The position numbers and the translations under genes were made by a program. A stretch of DNA of 64,000 bases from Candidatus Zixiibacteriota bacterium (lineage in GTDB: Bacteria; Zixibacteria; MSB-5A5; UBA10806; 4484-95). This document shows positions 10,429 through 20,531 of this stretch, piece after piece (within the stretch, counting starts at the first letter, position 1; every line of letters starts with the position of its first letter). The stretch is from NCBI GenBank assembly GCA_037441845.1, contig JBBIRK010000002.1:64001-128000 (forward strand), given 5' to 3'. The notes below the pieces were generated by a model. It worked only from the letters and a program-made list of their open reading frames with translations, was not told the origin of the DNA and made no database searches.

Positions 10429-13400
10429 TTAAAATTGCACCGACAGCCCGATCATGATCTGACGTCCATTCGTGTAGTCCGTCGGATCCATATCGATATA
10501 GTTGCCGGTTCTGATCTGGCCTTGGTCGCTTATGCTGGTGTAGGCCAGCCCGGTCGCCCCGGAAACATCATCGATATTTTTGTTGTCGAAAGCGTTATTG
10601 ATCAAGACCGAGGCGGTGTAGTTCATTCCATAAACCTGGAATTTCTTGTCGAATCTTACATCGACCGAGGAAGTCGGCGGCATCCGCTTGGAATTGACCG
10701 GCGGATCCTGATTACGGGTCAGCATCAAGCCCGGATAAGAGGCATCCGGAGTGAACGGACGGCCGCTCTTGTAAAGCCAAAGCAGGTTTATACTCCAATC
10801 GTCCGGCAGCTTGAATATGCCGAACCGCGGATGTTCACCTTTGGCTACGTTCAAAGTGGCGTTGAAAGTGATATTGTGTCTGATATCCCAATCAAGAGGA
10901 TTTTCCTTGATTGAAATTTTCCCCTGACGGAATCTGATATAGTAGTCGGATCGGTCGTCCGAGCTCTTGCCGAAAGCGAACGTATATTCGTATTTGATCG
11001 AACCTGCCAGGAATTGACCGTAACGTTTCTCGAATTCGAGCTCCATGCCGCGCGCCCGCGAATAATCGACGTTGGAATGAACCTCCGCCGATCCGCTCGA
11101 CAACCCCACCGGCACGGTGTTGAGCAATCCGTATTGGTCTTTGTAATAGCCGGATATATCCAGCCGGTATCCCTCAGAGATTGCATATTGAACGCCGACC
11201 TCGTAAAGAATCGTCTTTTCGTAGTCGAGATTGGGATTGCCGATCAACCGGGCTGCGCCGATTCGGTTCTGAGTGGCGCGCTGATAATATTTGGAATACC
11301 CCGGCTTCTGGTAAAAATGGCCGTAGTTGAACATCAGTTTCGCTTTGTCCGATATGGGGAATGCGAACCCGACGCGCGGCGCCCATTTGTTCTGGGAATC
11401 GATGATCAGGCGATCGGTTCCCTCGATGGCCAAAGTGGCGCTGTCCTTGGCCTCCCGTGCCTGAACGAAAAATTCATAACGGATACCGATATCGGCGATC
11501 ATCTCCCCGAATTCCATCTTGTCTTTTATATAGAATGCGCCGTCTCTGGGTGTGCGCACGTAGAAATCACGGAATACGCCTTTGGAATAGGTCTTGTAAA
11601 TCGCCGTATCCGCGATACTGTCGCCGTCAAGGTCTCTCAACTCGATCAGCCTGGTGATATTCGACCAAGGTCCATCGTCCGGCGGGCCGTTGTAATCGCG
11701 ATACGGATACTGCAGATCTTCGAGTTTTATATTATAGAAATTGAATTCGAAACCCGATTTCAAACCATGATGTCGGGTAACCTGGCTGGTCAAATCGAAT
11801 TTCAGAGTTCTGGTGCGCGTGTAATCGTAATGATACTGCGCCCATTGATCGAATCCATAATCCCAGAAATCGTCCGATCCGTCCCAGCGTCCGTTGCCGT
11901 TCATATCGTCGAACTGCTCGCCTAAATCGTAGCGCATATTCGGGGCATCATAGCGTCCGTTCAGATTTCGGTCTATATACGGGATTCCTTCCGACCAGGG
12001 ATCGCCCGGTCCGGTGTAGCGGCCGTTGTGATCCAGATCGTTGGTCGGCTCCCACCTGTCGATCCCGAGGTCGAATCGACCGTTGCCGTTCAAATCGACG
12101 AAGGGTTCGCCCAGGCTCGAATCGCCGTCCACGTAAGGTTCGGGCAGATCGATATTATACTGATAGCCGAGTTGCGGGTCGTAAACGCCGTTACCGTGGC
12201 GCACCCGGGAGGAGTCGACGAAATAATAGGTCGAATCGCCGTCGTCGTAGATTCCGTTTCCGTTGACATCCACATAATTGACGTCATAGAAAATATATTC
12301 CGCTTCGTCGCGAAGACCGTTGCCGTTCAGATCCTGGAATGGCTCGCCAGGATCCCATTCGCCGTTTTGATTCAAATCGGTATACGGTTCGGCGGCGTCC
12401 CAGCGACCGTTGTCGTTGGCATCCCAGTAAAACTCCCAGCCATACTGCTCTATCGGAACGTAGAAATTGCTGGGCGATAAATTCCCGGGCCGCCTCTCGT
12501 AAGTCTGAACCACTTCGCTGTAAAGAATTTCGCCATACGAATCTTTGAGGAACGGCGGGCTGAACTGCAATCCTATCGAACCGACCTCGGTGGAGGATTT
12601 CAGCACCGTCGCATTCTGCGGATTGTATAGATAGGCCCAAGTGAACGATCGAGCCCTATCCCAATCCTTGCTATAGCGAAGGTTCAACTTGTAACGGGAG
12701 TTGGCATCCATCTTCCAGGTTAATTTGGCCAGGCCGTTGTATTTGTTAACCCGGCGGTTGGGTATCTCCATGCCGAGAAAACTTTCGTGGCCGTAGCTTA
12801 TTTTGGATCTCGTCGAGGGAAAATCGTTGTAATCGACGAAACCGTCATACTTGTCGACATTGAAACTCGCATAGTACGACATGTTTTCACCGGGCCATTT
12901 GAGTCCCAGCGCCGGGAAAATATCGGTCGCCAAAAGCGGCAACGGACCGCTTATGTTCATCTCCAGTCGATCTTGATTGAAAGAATATTTATTGAGGCTG
13001 CGGTCGCCCAGATCATCGGTCAGATAACCGGCGCCGAACGTGGTGATCCGGTTGGAACCTTCTTTGCGCTGAGTGGCGATAATGCCGCCGGCTGCGTTGC
13101 CGTATTCGGCAGAATAATTCCCTTTCATGATCGCCAGATCTTCGACGTCCGATGCCGAAAAATTCATCGACAAGCGGGCGATCGGGGTGGCGTCGTTGCC
13201 GCCGATCTTGACGCTGCCGTAGCCGCCCAGATGGTCTTTGATCAGGACGCCGTCATCGACAAGCCCGATCTCGCCGGCGCGCGATCCCCTGACATGGAGC
13301 GCGCCGCCCTGCGACACGAATCCGGTCTGGGTTTTGATCACGCCCTCGATATTGGTCACCGGCAACGCCTTGATTTTGTCGGCACTGATTCTCTCGACCG

Positions 13401-13797
13401 TGCTGACCTCGAATTTGTCGATTTCCGGTCTGGTGCCGACCACCACCACACTGTCGCCGGGCAATGCCTCGGATACCAATTTGAAATCCTGTTCCGTGGT
13501 GACATCGGCGTTAACCATCACGTTGGTCACAGTCGTTTTCTTGTAACCGATACAATCGGATACTAATGTATAAACCCCCGGAGGAACGTTAAGAATCACA
13601 TAAGAACCATCGATCGGGCTGACCAACGCACCCATCGAGGTTCCCTGAATCATCACCCGAGCACCGGGCACCGGAAGCTTGGTTTGATTATCGGTGACCA
13701 CCCCGCTTATTTTACCGGTGGTCCCCGAAAACAGCAGCGGCGCCGAAAGCAACAGGGCTATGATCGCGGCAAGGCCTGTCAGCCTTAAAAATCTCAT
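10429..13797 (-). CDS. TonB-dependent receptor-like outer-membrane protein with inserted Ca-binding DxNxNG repeats
   Basis: GTTGKISGVV carboxypeptidase-regulatory-like N-domain, plug (HVRGSR...Y.AEYGNA.GG), barrel motifs (PRVGFAFPIS, GNPNL.YEKT..YE.G), terminal Phe. Confidence 0.88.
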   Translation of the reverse strand: MRFLRLTGLAAIIALLLSAPLLFSGTTGKISGVVTDNQTKLPVPGARVMIQGTSMGALVSPIDGSYVILNVPPGVYTLVSDCIGYKKTTVTNVMVNADVTTEQDFKLVSEALPGDSVVVVGTRPEIDKFEVSTVERISADKIKALPVTNIEGVIKTQTGFVSQGGALHVRGSRAGEIGLVDDGVLIKDHLGGYGSVKIGGNDATPIARLSMNFSASDVEDLAIMKGNYSAEYGNAAGGIIATQRKEGSNRITTFGAGYLTDDLGDRSLNKYSFNQDRLEMNISGPLPLLATDIFPALGLKWPGENMSYYASFNVDKYDGFVDYNDFPSTRSKISYGHESFLGMEIPNRRVNKYNGLAKLTWKMDANSRYKLNLRYSKDWDRARSFTWAYLYNPQNATVLKSSTEVGSIGLQFSPPFLKDSYGEILYSEVVQTYERRPGNLSPSNFYVPIEQYGWEFYWDANDNGRWDAAEPYTDLNQNGEWDPGEPFQDLNGNGLRDEAEYIFYDVNYVDVNGNGIYDDGDSTYYFVDSSRVRHGNGVYDPQLGYQYNIDLPEPYVDGDSSLGEPFVDLNGNGRFDLGIDRWEPTNDLDHNGRYTGPGDPWSEGIPYIDRNLNGRYDAPNMRYDLGEQFDDMNGNGRWDGSDDFWDYGFDQWAQYHYDYTRTRTLKFDLTSQVTRHHGLKSGFEFNFYNIKLEDLQYPYRDYNGPPDDGPWSNITRLIELRDLDGDSIADTAIYKTYSKGVFRDFYVRTPRDGAFYIKDKMEFGEMIADIGIRYEFFVQAREAKDSATLAIEGTDRLIIDSQNKWAPRVGFAFPISDKAKLMFNYGHFYQKPGYSKYYQRATQNRIGAARLIGNPNLDYEKTILYEVGVQYAISEGYRLDISGYYKDQYGLLNTVPVGLSSGSAEVHSNVDYSRARGMELEFEKRYGQFLAGSIKYEYTFAFGKSSDDRSDYYIRFRQGKISIKENPLDWDIRHNITFNATLNVAKGEHPRFGIFKLPDDWSINLLWLYKSGRPFTPDASYPGLMLTRNQDPPVNSKRMPPTSSVDVRFDKKFQVYGMNYTASVLINNAFDNKNIDDVSGATGLAYTSISDQGQIRTGNYIDMDPTDYTNGRQIMIGLSVQF

Positions 13798-14193
13798 CCT
13801 GCAAACCTCCTGAAATTATTTATATCTTTGATTCAAAATAGTCCCGTAATCCGCAGGGCGATCTTTCCTTTTCTTACGATCCCTCTTGATTTTCCCCGAC
13901 CCTGCGTTCAATAATACAATCCACCCCCCGAAATATTTCAAGAATTTGCCCATTAACCGCATTAAAGTCAAGATAATTTTGGCCGTTTTCCGGTCGGTTA
14001 AACGGCTTTGAAATTCAAATTTCGATCGTGAGGACGGTTATAATGAAACTTATCGAATTCCGCCGATTCACACTGGGGGGAACCAAGGAAGCGGACAAAA
14101 TTCAAAAATGAAAGCGGCGGCCTTTTAAATGAATGGGCGTCGCGAATACCTTGAAATAATCGATCATGAATAAGCCGATCGATCGGGCAAATC

Positions 14194-14222
14194 AAAAACC
14201 CCGGCCGAAACCGGGGTTTTTT
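14194..14222. terminator. Bidirectional intrinsic terminator
   Basis: aaaaaccccgg-ccgaaa-ccggggtttttt. Confidence 0.8.
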
Positions 14223-14266
14223 CAGGTAGGTGTGCGGATAATGCGGTTATTCGTCGTTTTTAAGTC

Positions 14267-14749
14267 TTATCTTGCGCCACGGCAAAAAGGTCTGTCGCAA
14301 TTGCCCCTGCCCATGCCAAATCCACGGCCCTCGCCGGGGCAATCACGATCGCGCATCCTGGCTTTACGCTCCATCCTATCGCCTTTGATTTTTTCGAACT
14401 TTGCCCGCTGTTCGGCATTCAACATCCCCAGCCGATCTATATTGCCGGCGAGTCTTTTTCTGGCCATTTCAGCTTTTATCGCCGAAATCTGCTCGCTCTT
14501 TTTCAGGGCTGCCGCCTTGTCGATCTTATCGGCCTGCATTATTTCCCTAAGGTCAAGTTTGGCCTTTTCCAGATCGGCCTTGAGTTGGATCCTTTCCCGC
14601 ATTTCGGCAGTCAGGCTTTTTTCCATTTGTTCCCTTTGCTGGTCGGTCAGCCCAATCTCATCGGCAAGGGCCAGAATCCTGCATTGGGCGGCTGCGGAGA
14701 CCGTGCCTATGGTCATGATTGCGATTAAAATTGCGGTTACGTATTTCAT
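14267..14749 (-). CDS. Spy/CpxP-like periplasmic helical protein
   Basis: Signal peptide; LTDQQ...LNAEQ (LTxxQ) motifs. Confidence 0.75.
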   Translation of the reverse strand: MKYVTAILIAIMTIGTVSAAAQCRILALADEIGLTDQQREQMEKSLTAEMRERIQLKADLEKAKLDLREIMQADKIDKAAALKKSEQISAIKAEMARKRLAGNIDRLGMLNAEQRAKFEKIKGDRMERKARMRDRDCPGEGRGFGMGRGNCDRPFCRGAR

Positions 14750-14773
14750 TCAATCCTCCTGTCGTTTTCTTGA

Positions 14774-15304
14774 TTATTCGCCCGGCTCTCTGCCGAAATG
14801 CGGCGCCTTGGTTTCCCTGCGGATATCGCGCATGATCTCCTGCATCTGCTGCATGAACCGAACCTCGAACAGGTAAAGCCTGCCTATCTGCCTTGCGGTC
14901 AATATATTTTTCAGGTCCGCACGGAACTTAACCTTAAGCTGCTGAATTTCCTGATCCATGCCGTCGATTTTGTCCAGGCACTTGCTTATTTCGGCTTCAT
15001 TCGGTTTTTCCGCGGCGGTCAACTCATCGAGTTGCTCCATGACTCTTCGTTTTTCCTGTTCTATTTCCTCCCGCCGATTGAAAAAGCGGTTGTAAATCGG
15101 AAAGAATTTTTCGGATTGCTCCTGCGAAAGTTTGAGTTCTTCGGTCAACTTCCAGACTTTTATCGTCTTGATTCTCTCCCGGACTCTTTCCCGCATTCTA
15201 CCTTCCGGCGGCCCGGGCGTACCCGGCGGCCCTTGGGCCATAACCGGCGGCCCAATCGATAATAGAATGGTCATCACCGATATAAGTTTCAAAATAGTTC
15301 GCAT
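14774..15304 (-). CDS. Spy/CpxP-like periplasmic protein
   Basis: Signal peptide; L.LSQEQSEKFFPIY and ILTARQ motifs. Confidence 0.7.
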   Translation of the reverse strand: MRTILKLISVMTILLSIGPPVMAQGPPGTPGPPEGRMRERVRERIKTIKVWKLTEELKLSQEQSEKFFPIYNRFFNRREEIEQEKRRVMEQLDELTAAEKPNEAEISKCLDKIDGMDQEIQQLKVKFRADLKNILTARQIGRLYLFEVRFMQQMQEIMRDIRRETKAPHFGREPGE

Positions 15305-15308
15305 CTCT

Positions 15309-15875
15309 TCACCCCTTGTCATTCTTCAGTTCTTCGAGTTTGCTTTCCAATTTTTTAAGATCTTCGTCACCCATGCTTAGTATCAAATCTTCGTAGCCGA
15401 TCGTGAAAAATCCGCCCTGGCTTTCCAATTCCTGTTCAGCGGTTTCGATTTCCTGCGCCATTCCGTTTCCGAAAACGGCGGCGATCAAGCTCGAATACAT
15501 TTTCAGCGATTCGGCATACTCAACGATCCCGCCGTTCTGTCGAGACAGTTCATTTTTGGGGTTCCGTCCGAAAACGAAAACTAACAGCACGACCGCGACC
15601 GCCACCGCAGGCGCCAGGCGGTAAAACCATGCCCGATAAGCTTTCTTAACATCGATATTATTCAAAACCGCGGGCACGAAATCGTCCAGCTCGCCCGGCC
15701 CTAACTGGAAATCCGCCTGCTTATCCAAAAGCGCCAGCAGCGCCGCGTGAGTCTCGTATTCGGTTCGGCAATCACGGCAATCGTGCAGATGGGTTTTCAG
15801 TGCGCTCGAAATATGTTCGGCCGCTCTGCCTCGGACGAAATCGTCGAGATGTTCCTTGAACGCGCGGCAATTCAT
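15309..15875 (-). CDS. zf-HC2 membrane anti-sigma factor
   Basis: MNC...HLHDCRDC (HxxxCxxC) plus one TM helix; ATGA overlap with the sigma gene. Confidence 0.85.
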   Translation of the reverse strand: MNCRAFKEHLDDFVRGRAAEHISSALKTHLHDCRDCRTEYETHAALLALLDKQADFQLGPGELDDFVPAVLNNIDVKKAYRAWFYRLAPAVAVAVVLLVFVFGRNPKNELSRQNGGIVEYAESLKMYSSLIAAVFGNGMAQEIETAEQELESQGGFFTIGYEDLILSMGDEDLKKLESKLEELKNDKG

Positions 15876-16420
15876 GACACCAGGCTCCCTTCTTTCAGGT
15901 ATTGTCCCAGAGATACTCTGAGTTTTTGTATCGCCTGAAAATAGTTGGCCTTTACAGCCCCTTCGGTTATCGAAAGCAGCGAGGCTATTTCGTCGTTGCT
16001 TTTATCCTCATATTGGCGCAGCACGAATACCGCCCTCTGGCGCGCCGGTAACGCTCCTATCGCTTTATCGATCGCCCGCCGCAATTCATCGGTGACGATT
16101 TTCTGTTCTCGCGATTCACCCGGCTGCTCTTTGAGCTTCGGATCATCGAGCGAATAAGCCGAACGTTCCTGGTTTCGGTTGAGGAAATTTATCGCCAGAT
16201 TCACCGCGATACGGTAAACCCAGGTGTAAAAGCCCGATTCCGCACGGAACGACTGCCGATTGCGATAAGCCCGCACGAAAGCGTCTTGAGCTATATCTTT
16301 GGCGTCTTCTCGGTTGCCCACCATCCGCAGCACCACGGCGTAAATCCTTTCTTTGTAACGATTGACCAGTTCTCCAAAAGCTTTGTCATCTCCCGCTATG
16401 AACCCCTTGATTTCCTCCAT
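15872..16420 (-). CDS. ECF RNA polymerase sigma factor
   Basis: DAKDIAQDAF, FYTWVYRIAVN (region 2); LPARQRAVFVLR...EIA...GAVK (region 4). Start codon uncertain (16420-16501). Confidence 0.9.
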   Translation of the reverse strand: MEEIKGFIAGDDKAFGELVNRYKERIYAVVLRMVGNREDAKDIAQDAFVRAYRNRQSFRAESGFYTWVYRIAVNLAINFLNRNQERSAYSLDDPKLKEQPGESREQKIVTDELRRAIDKAIGALPARQRAVFVLRQYEDKSNDEIASLLSITEGAVKANYFQAIQKLRVSLGQYLKEGSLVS

Positions 16421-16534
16421 CTCATCTTTTCTCGATAGTTTTGACACTGAGAGCGCCCGCCGGTTTAAGATGATTTTAGACCGCCGCCGGCAATCGGTCA
16501 AGGGGAATCGGCGAACTCGATATATGTATTGCCG

Positions 16535-16981
16535 TTAGCTCGGGATCGAATTCATATCATCGGCGGCCAGATTATGCGCCGACCGGGGAACCTGAAGATG
16601 CAGATGGGCGCCGCCGCCCACATCGTGGAGGATAAGGTTGTAATAGGGACCCATTTTAAGATAGGTTGCAAAATGATTGAGCAACTTGACCAAAAAAACC
16701 GCCTGCAGATTACGAATCGAAATATCGATCGCCCGGGCCGGCAGTTCCCTATGCCCACTCGGTTTGTCCTGGCCGTATATGGCGATTTGAGATTGCCGGC
16801 TCCGGAAAATCTGGGTCGGTCGTAATTTCATTCCATGGATTGCGGCGAAAAGTCCGAGTTCGAGAAACAACGCCCGCAACCGTGGGTCGGTCCGCCGCGG
16901 ATCGATAAATTCCTGATAAAGACCCGATTCGGTAAAAATTATACCGGGTATTTCAACGGCCGGGTCGTAAGGCAACGCCAT
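16535..16981 (-). CDS. Putative M15-type (Hedgehog/DD-peptidase fold) zinc peptidase
   Basis: GGAGG RBS before ATG 16981; R(S)..Q...Y, SGHRELPARAID and HLHLQ zinc-ligand pattern. Confidence 0.55.
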   Translation of the reverse strand: MALPYDPAVEIPGIIFTESGLYQEFIDPRRTDPRLRALFLELGLFAAIHGMKLRPTQIFRSRQSQIAIYGQDKPSGHRELPARAIDISIRNLQAVFLVKLLNHFATYLKMGPYYNLILHDVGGGAHLHLQVPRSAHNLAADDMNSIPS

Positions 16982-17187
16982 TTTCCACCTCCCAATAGCC
17001 GTTGCCGGGCAAAAAGCAATGCAAATCGCATTGATAATTGAAGCTTTCAATTTGTGGAGATGGAAAATATACTTGACACTTGTCTATTGCAATACTAATT
17101 TATTTTCATACGATAGCGCATACCTTTACTCCGGGAGGAATTTCATTGTATTTATCTGCGTAGTTTAACAGGCGGAAAGGCCAAGCC

Positions 17188-18000
17188 ATGAATCATTACA
17201 ATCAATATAGCGATTCCGACATTCGGTCTAATATATGCACTGGCGATTCCATCCCAGGGTTCGGCTGCTGACGTTGCCGGTGATATATGCGGCGTATGGA
17301 ATCGGCTCGACAGCCCCTACATCATCGTCGGCGATATACGCGTGCCCCGTGATACCTCATTGATTATAGAGGCCGGTTGCCGTATTATATTCGCCGGACA
17401 TTATAGATTCACTATCGATTCAAGCGCCCAGTTGATCGCGCATGGAAGCGTCCAGGATTCGATCTTATTGACGGCGGCCGACGGCGCGGTCGGCCGGAAC
17501 GGCCTTCATTTTTACTCCGCCGACAGCGGTCATCTGAATTATTGCATCTTCGAATGGGGACGGAACTATATCCAGTAGGTCTATAGCGGCGGTGGAGCGA
17601 TCCATTGCAATCGACGCCGTTGTCGATCGCCTATTGCGATTTACGTTATAATTCCGTCCCGGAGCGGCTCGGCGGCGCAATCCACGCCGATAATTCCTTC
17701 CTGACAATCGTCAAATCGAACATGAGCAACAATTACCGCGGCATGGGAGGCGCAGCCATTTCCCTTAAGAATTGCCGTGCAAATGTCGAAAATTGCTTAA
17801 TAGCCAAAGATGCGACCTACTATCCACCAGGCGGCGAGCAGGCCGGAGCGATCCTTATGATCGCCCGTATGTCCGATTGCACGAAAAGCTGATTGCCGAC
17901 AATTTCTCCGGATATATTGGAGGCGGCATAGCAGCCGATCGCTCGACAGTTTTATTGTCGTCGAATACGATAAGTTACAATAGATATTGTCCCCAGCGGT
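17188..18000 (+). pseudogene. Degraded secreted right-handed beta-helix protein gene
   Basis: Frameshift right after ATG 17188; DVAGDICGVW...SPYIIVGDIRVP...LIIEAG motif; in-frame TAG at 17576; further frameshifts near 17605 and 17860; GGAI repeats; truncated. Confidence 0.7.
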
Positions 18001-18028
18001 CAGCCCCTCGAATCCGCGGCGGCGGATT

Positions 18029-19432
18029 TCAAGCCGTCGCCCTGTCGCCCAGGTTCCCCCTCGCCAGCGAGGCGAAAACGCCGCCGATACAAAGACCGGC
18101 GAAAACGGCGAAAGCTATTCGGGCGCTCTTGACCAGATACGAATAATGTTCCGGAGTCATCTTCGCCTTGCCGAATATCACCGCGAATATCAACATCACG
18201 ATCGCCATGCTCGACATCTGCCCGATCAGCCGCATCGATCCGACTATCGCGCTGGCGATACCGTAGCTGCGCCGATCGACCGAACTCATCACCGCATTGG
18301 TATTCGGCGAGGAAAATAAGGCGATCCCCAGTCCGAGAAGACAAAGGCAAAATATAATGAACCACCATGGCGTCGATTGCCCGAGAAAGGTCAATGATAA
18401 AAGCCCGATCAAAGTGACCAGCATCCCCGAGGAGGCTACCAGACGCGGTTCTATCCTATCGGACAACCGGCCGGCGTATGGAGCGAACAGGGTCTGCACC
18501 ACCGGCTGCGATATCATCACCAATCCGGCGTTTCGCGGAGACAACCCCTTATTATATTGAAGATACAGGCTCATCAAAAAACTCACGCCGGCGGTGGTGC
18601 TGTAATTGATCAAAGCGGCGAGGTTGGAAAAAGCGAACACCCGATTGCCGCGGAATAGATCGAGACTGATCAACGGCGACTCCGCCCGATTCTCCTGGCG
18701 TATAAATAAACCGAACGAAAGCAGCCCGATTCCGGTTACCACGAATCCCGCCCCCGAGGGGATTTTGGTCATGCCATAGATGAGCGAACATAAACTGACC
18801 GCCAGAGCAAGCGAGCCTATCAAATCGAACTTCTCCACCCCGGCCGGTTTCGCTTCTTCCGGCAGACCCTTCAACAGGAAAATCGTCACTACCAACCCGA
18901 GAGGTAAATTCAACCAAAAAATCCACCTCCAGCCGAATTGCTGGGTGATGGCGCCTCCGATAATCGGCCCGAGCGATAGTCCCAGATAAACCGCCCCAAC
19001 CGTTATGCCGAGCGCCTTGCCCCTCTCCCCGGGCAAATAGACATCCATCAAGATCGCCGTGCCGGTGGCGAATATCATGGCCGAGGCTACTCCTTGCGCC
19101 ATTCGACCCAATATCACCATCAACCCCGAAAACGACAATGCGATAAAGCAGGATATCACCGTGTATAAAATTATCCCGCGCAAAAACACCCGCCGCCTGC
19201 CGAACATATCGGCCAAACGGCCGAACGGAATCAGAAAAATCGCCGCCGTCAGCAAATACGAAGTCTGGACCCAGCTCAAAGATAAAGGATTCATATCGAA
19301 CTGCCGGCCGATCGTGGGCAGGGCTATGTTCACCGATGACCCCATGAACGTGCCCAGAAAAGCGCTCAGTGCCGCGGCTATCAACGCCGCTTTCTTGCCG
19401 AACCCGGAAACGGCCGCGCCGGAATCATCCAT
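18029..19432 (-). CDS. MFS transporter, DHA2/EmrB-like (about 14 TM)
   Basis: VNIALPTI, GRLADMFGRRR, GWRWIFWLNLP; AGGAGG RBS before ATG 19432. Confidence 0.9.
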   Translation of the reverse strand: MDDSGAAVSGFGKKAALIAAALSAFLGTFMGSSVNIALPTIGRQFDMNPLSLSWVQTSYLLTAAIFLIPFGRLADMFGRRRVFLRGIILYTVISCFIALSFSGLMVILGRMAQGVASAMIFATGTAILMDVYLPGERGKALGITVGAVYLGLSLGPIIGGAITQQFGWRWIFWLNLPLGLVVTIFLLKGLPEEAKPAGVEKFDLIGSLALAVSLCSLIYGMTKIPSGAGFVVTGIGLLSFGLFIRQENRAESPLISLDLFRGNRVFAFSNLAALINYSTTAGVSFLMSLYLQYNKGLSPRNAGLVMISQPVVQTLFAPYAGRLSDRIEPRLVASSGMLVTLIGLLSLTFLGQSTPWWFIIFCLCLLGLGIALFSSPNTNAVMSSVDRRSYGIASAIVGSMRLIGQMSSMAIVMLIFAVIFGKAKMTPEHYSYLVKSARIAFAVFAGLCIGGVFASLARGNLGDRATA

Positions 19433-19604
19433 CGAATTCTTACCTCCTGCCCCGTTTTCTGCCAAAGTAGTCATAGGCAATGGAAATTGTCAACCTGAAA
19501 CAACGGGATTATAATGCGAATACAAAACGGGGTAAAAAGACCGCGGTATCCATGACACGCGCCCTTATTCGTCGGCCGCAGCAGGGACGCAATTTCAATT
19601 CCGG

Positions 19605-20531
19605 TTATGATACGGTCGCATCAACCGTCGTCGCCTTGCCGTACCTTACCATACGGCAGATAGAATCGAACAGCTCCTCAAAACTGAGTTTTGTGATATG
19701 GGCGTTGGCTTTCAGAAACTCCACGCGGTTTTTCATTCCGGCGTCGCCGATGGAGGAATAGACTATCACCGGCAGATCCTTCAGCGTTGCGTCGTTTCTG
19801 ATCGCGCAGGTAAGCGCCAGCCCGTCCATACGAGGCATTTCGACGTCGGAAACCAGCAAATCGATATCGTTTTCGGTCTTCAACTTATCCCACGCCTGTG
19901 TGCCGTCGCCGGCCAAAACGACATCGAAACCGAGGTCAGTCAGTTCGGCCGCCAGCATATTTCTCACCGATGGCGAGTCCTCGGCGATCAGGATTTTCTT
20001 GCCTTGCCCCACATAATTTTCCGTCTTCACCCGGCTGCGTTCCCGCAATCCGAGTTCGGGGCAGATATCCAATATGATCGATTCGTAATCGAGCATCGGC
20101 ACCAACCGCTCACCGTCCGGTTTGACTATTCCGATTATATATTTCTGTTCGATTGTTTTCATCACGCTGGCGGCGTCGATCACGTCCTGCCAGTGAAAAT
20201 GATGAATCCACTCCACCGAATCGACGCGGAAAGCGTTCAATATGCCGAAAAATTCGGTGACGATTATCTTACCGAAAATTTCATTTCCGGTACGCCGGTC
20301 GAACCCCAAAAATTGCGCCAGATCTATCAATGGAATTATCGAACCGTTATCGCGGAACATGCCGGCTATGAATGGGCGGCTGCTCAAAGTGCTGGTCAGG
20401 CACTCCGGTTGAGCCACGATCTTTTGCACTTTTAGTATATTTATGCCGAAACATTTGCCGGCCACCCGATACTCGAGAATCCGTAATTCATTGCTTCCCG
20501 TTTTCAAATAAGACTCGGATTCGAACTGCAT
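19605..20531 (-). CDS. cheV: Chemotaxis protein CheV (CheW + receiver)
   Basis: LKTGSNELRILEY..FGINILKV (CheW); AEDS..SDVEMPRMDG..SS..TK (REC). Confidence 0.88.
   Translation of the reverse strand: MQFESESYLKTGSNELRILEYRVAGKCFGINILKVQKIVAQPECLTSTLSSRPFIAGMFRDNGSIIPLIDLAQFLGFDRRTGNEIFGKIIVTEFFGILNAFRVDSVEWIHHFHWQDVIDAASVMKTIEQKYIIGIVKPDGERLVPMLDYESIILDICPELGLRERSRVKTENYVGQGKKILIAEDSPSVRNMLAAELTDLGFDVVLAGDGTQAWDKLKTENDIDLLVSDVEMPRMDGLALTCAIRNDATLKDLPVIVYSSIGDAGMKNRVEFLKANAHITKLSFEELFDSICRMVRYGKATTVDATVS

Noticed and set aside
6744..12480. Long antisense ORFs (e.g. 6744-7835, 11014-11925) and similar shadow ORFs throughout the window
   Set aside because: They lie opposite well-supported genes, have no recognisable motifs, and are expected from GC3-rich codon usage.
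17576..17578. In-frame TAG as pyrrolysine or readthrough
   Set aside because: It is flanked by frameshifts, so gene decay explains it better.
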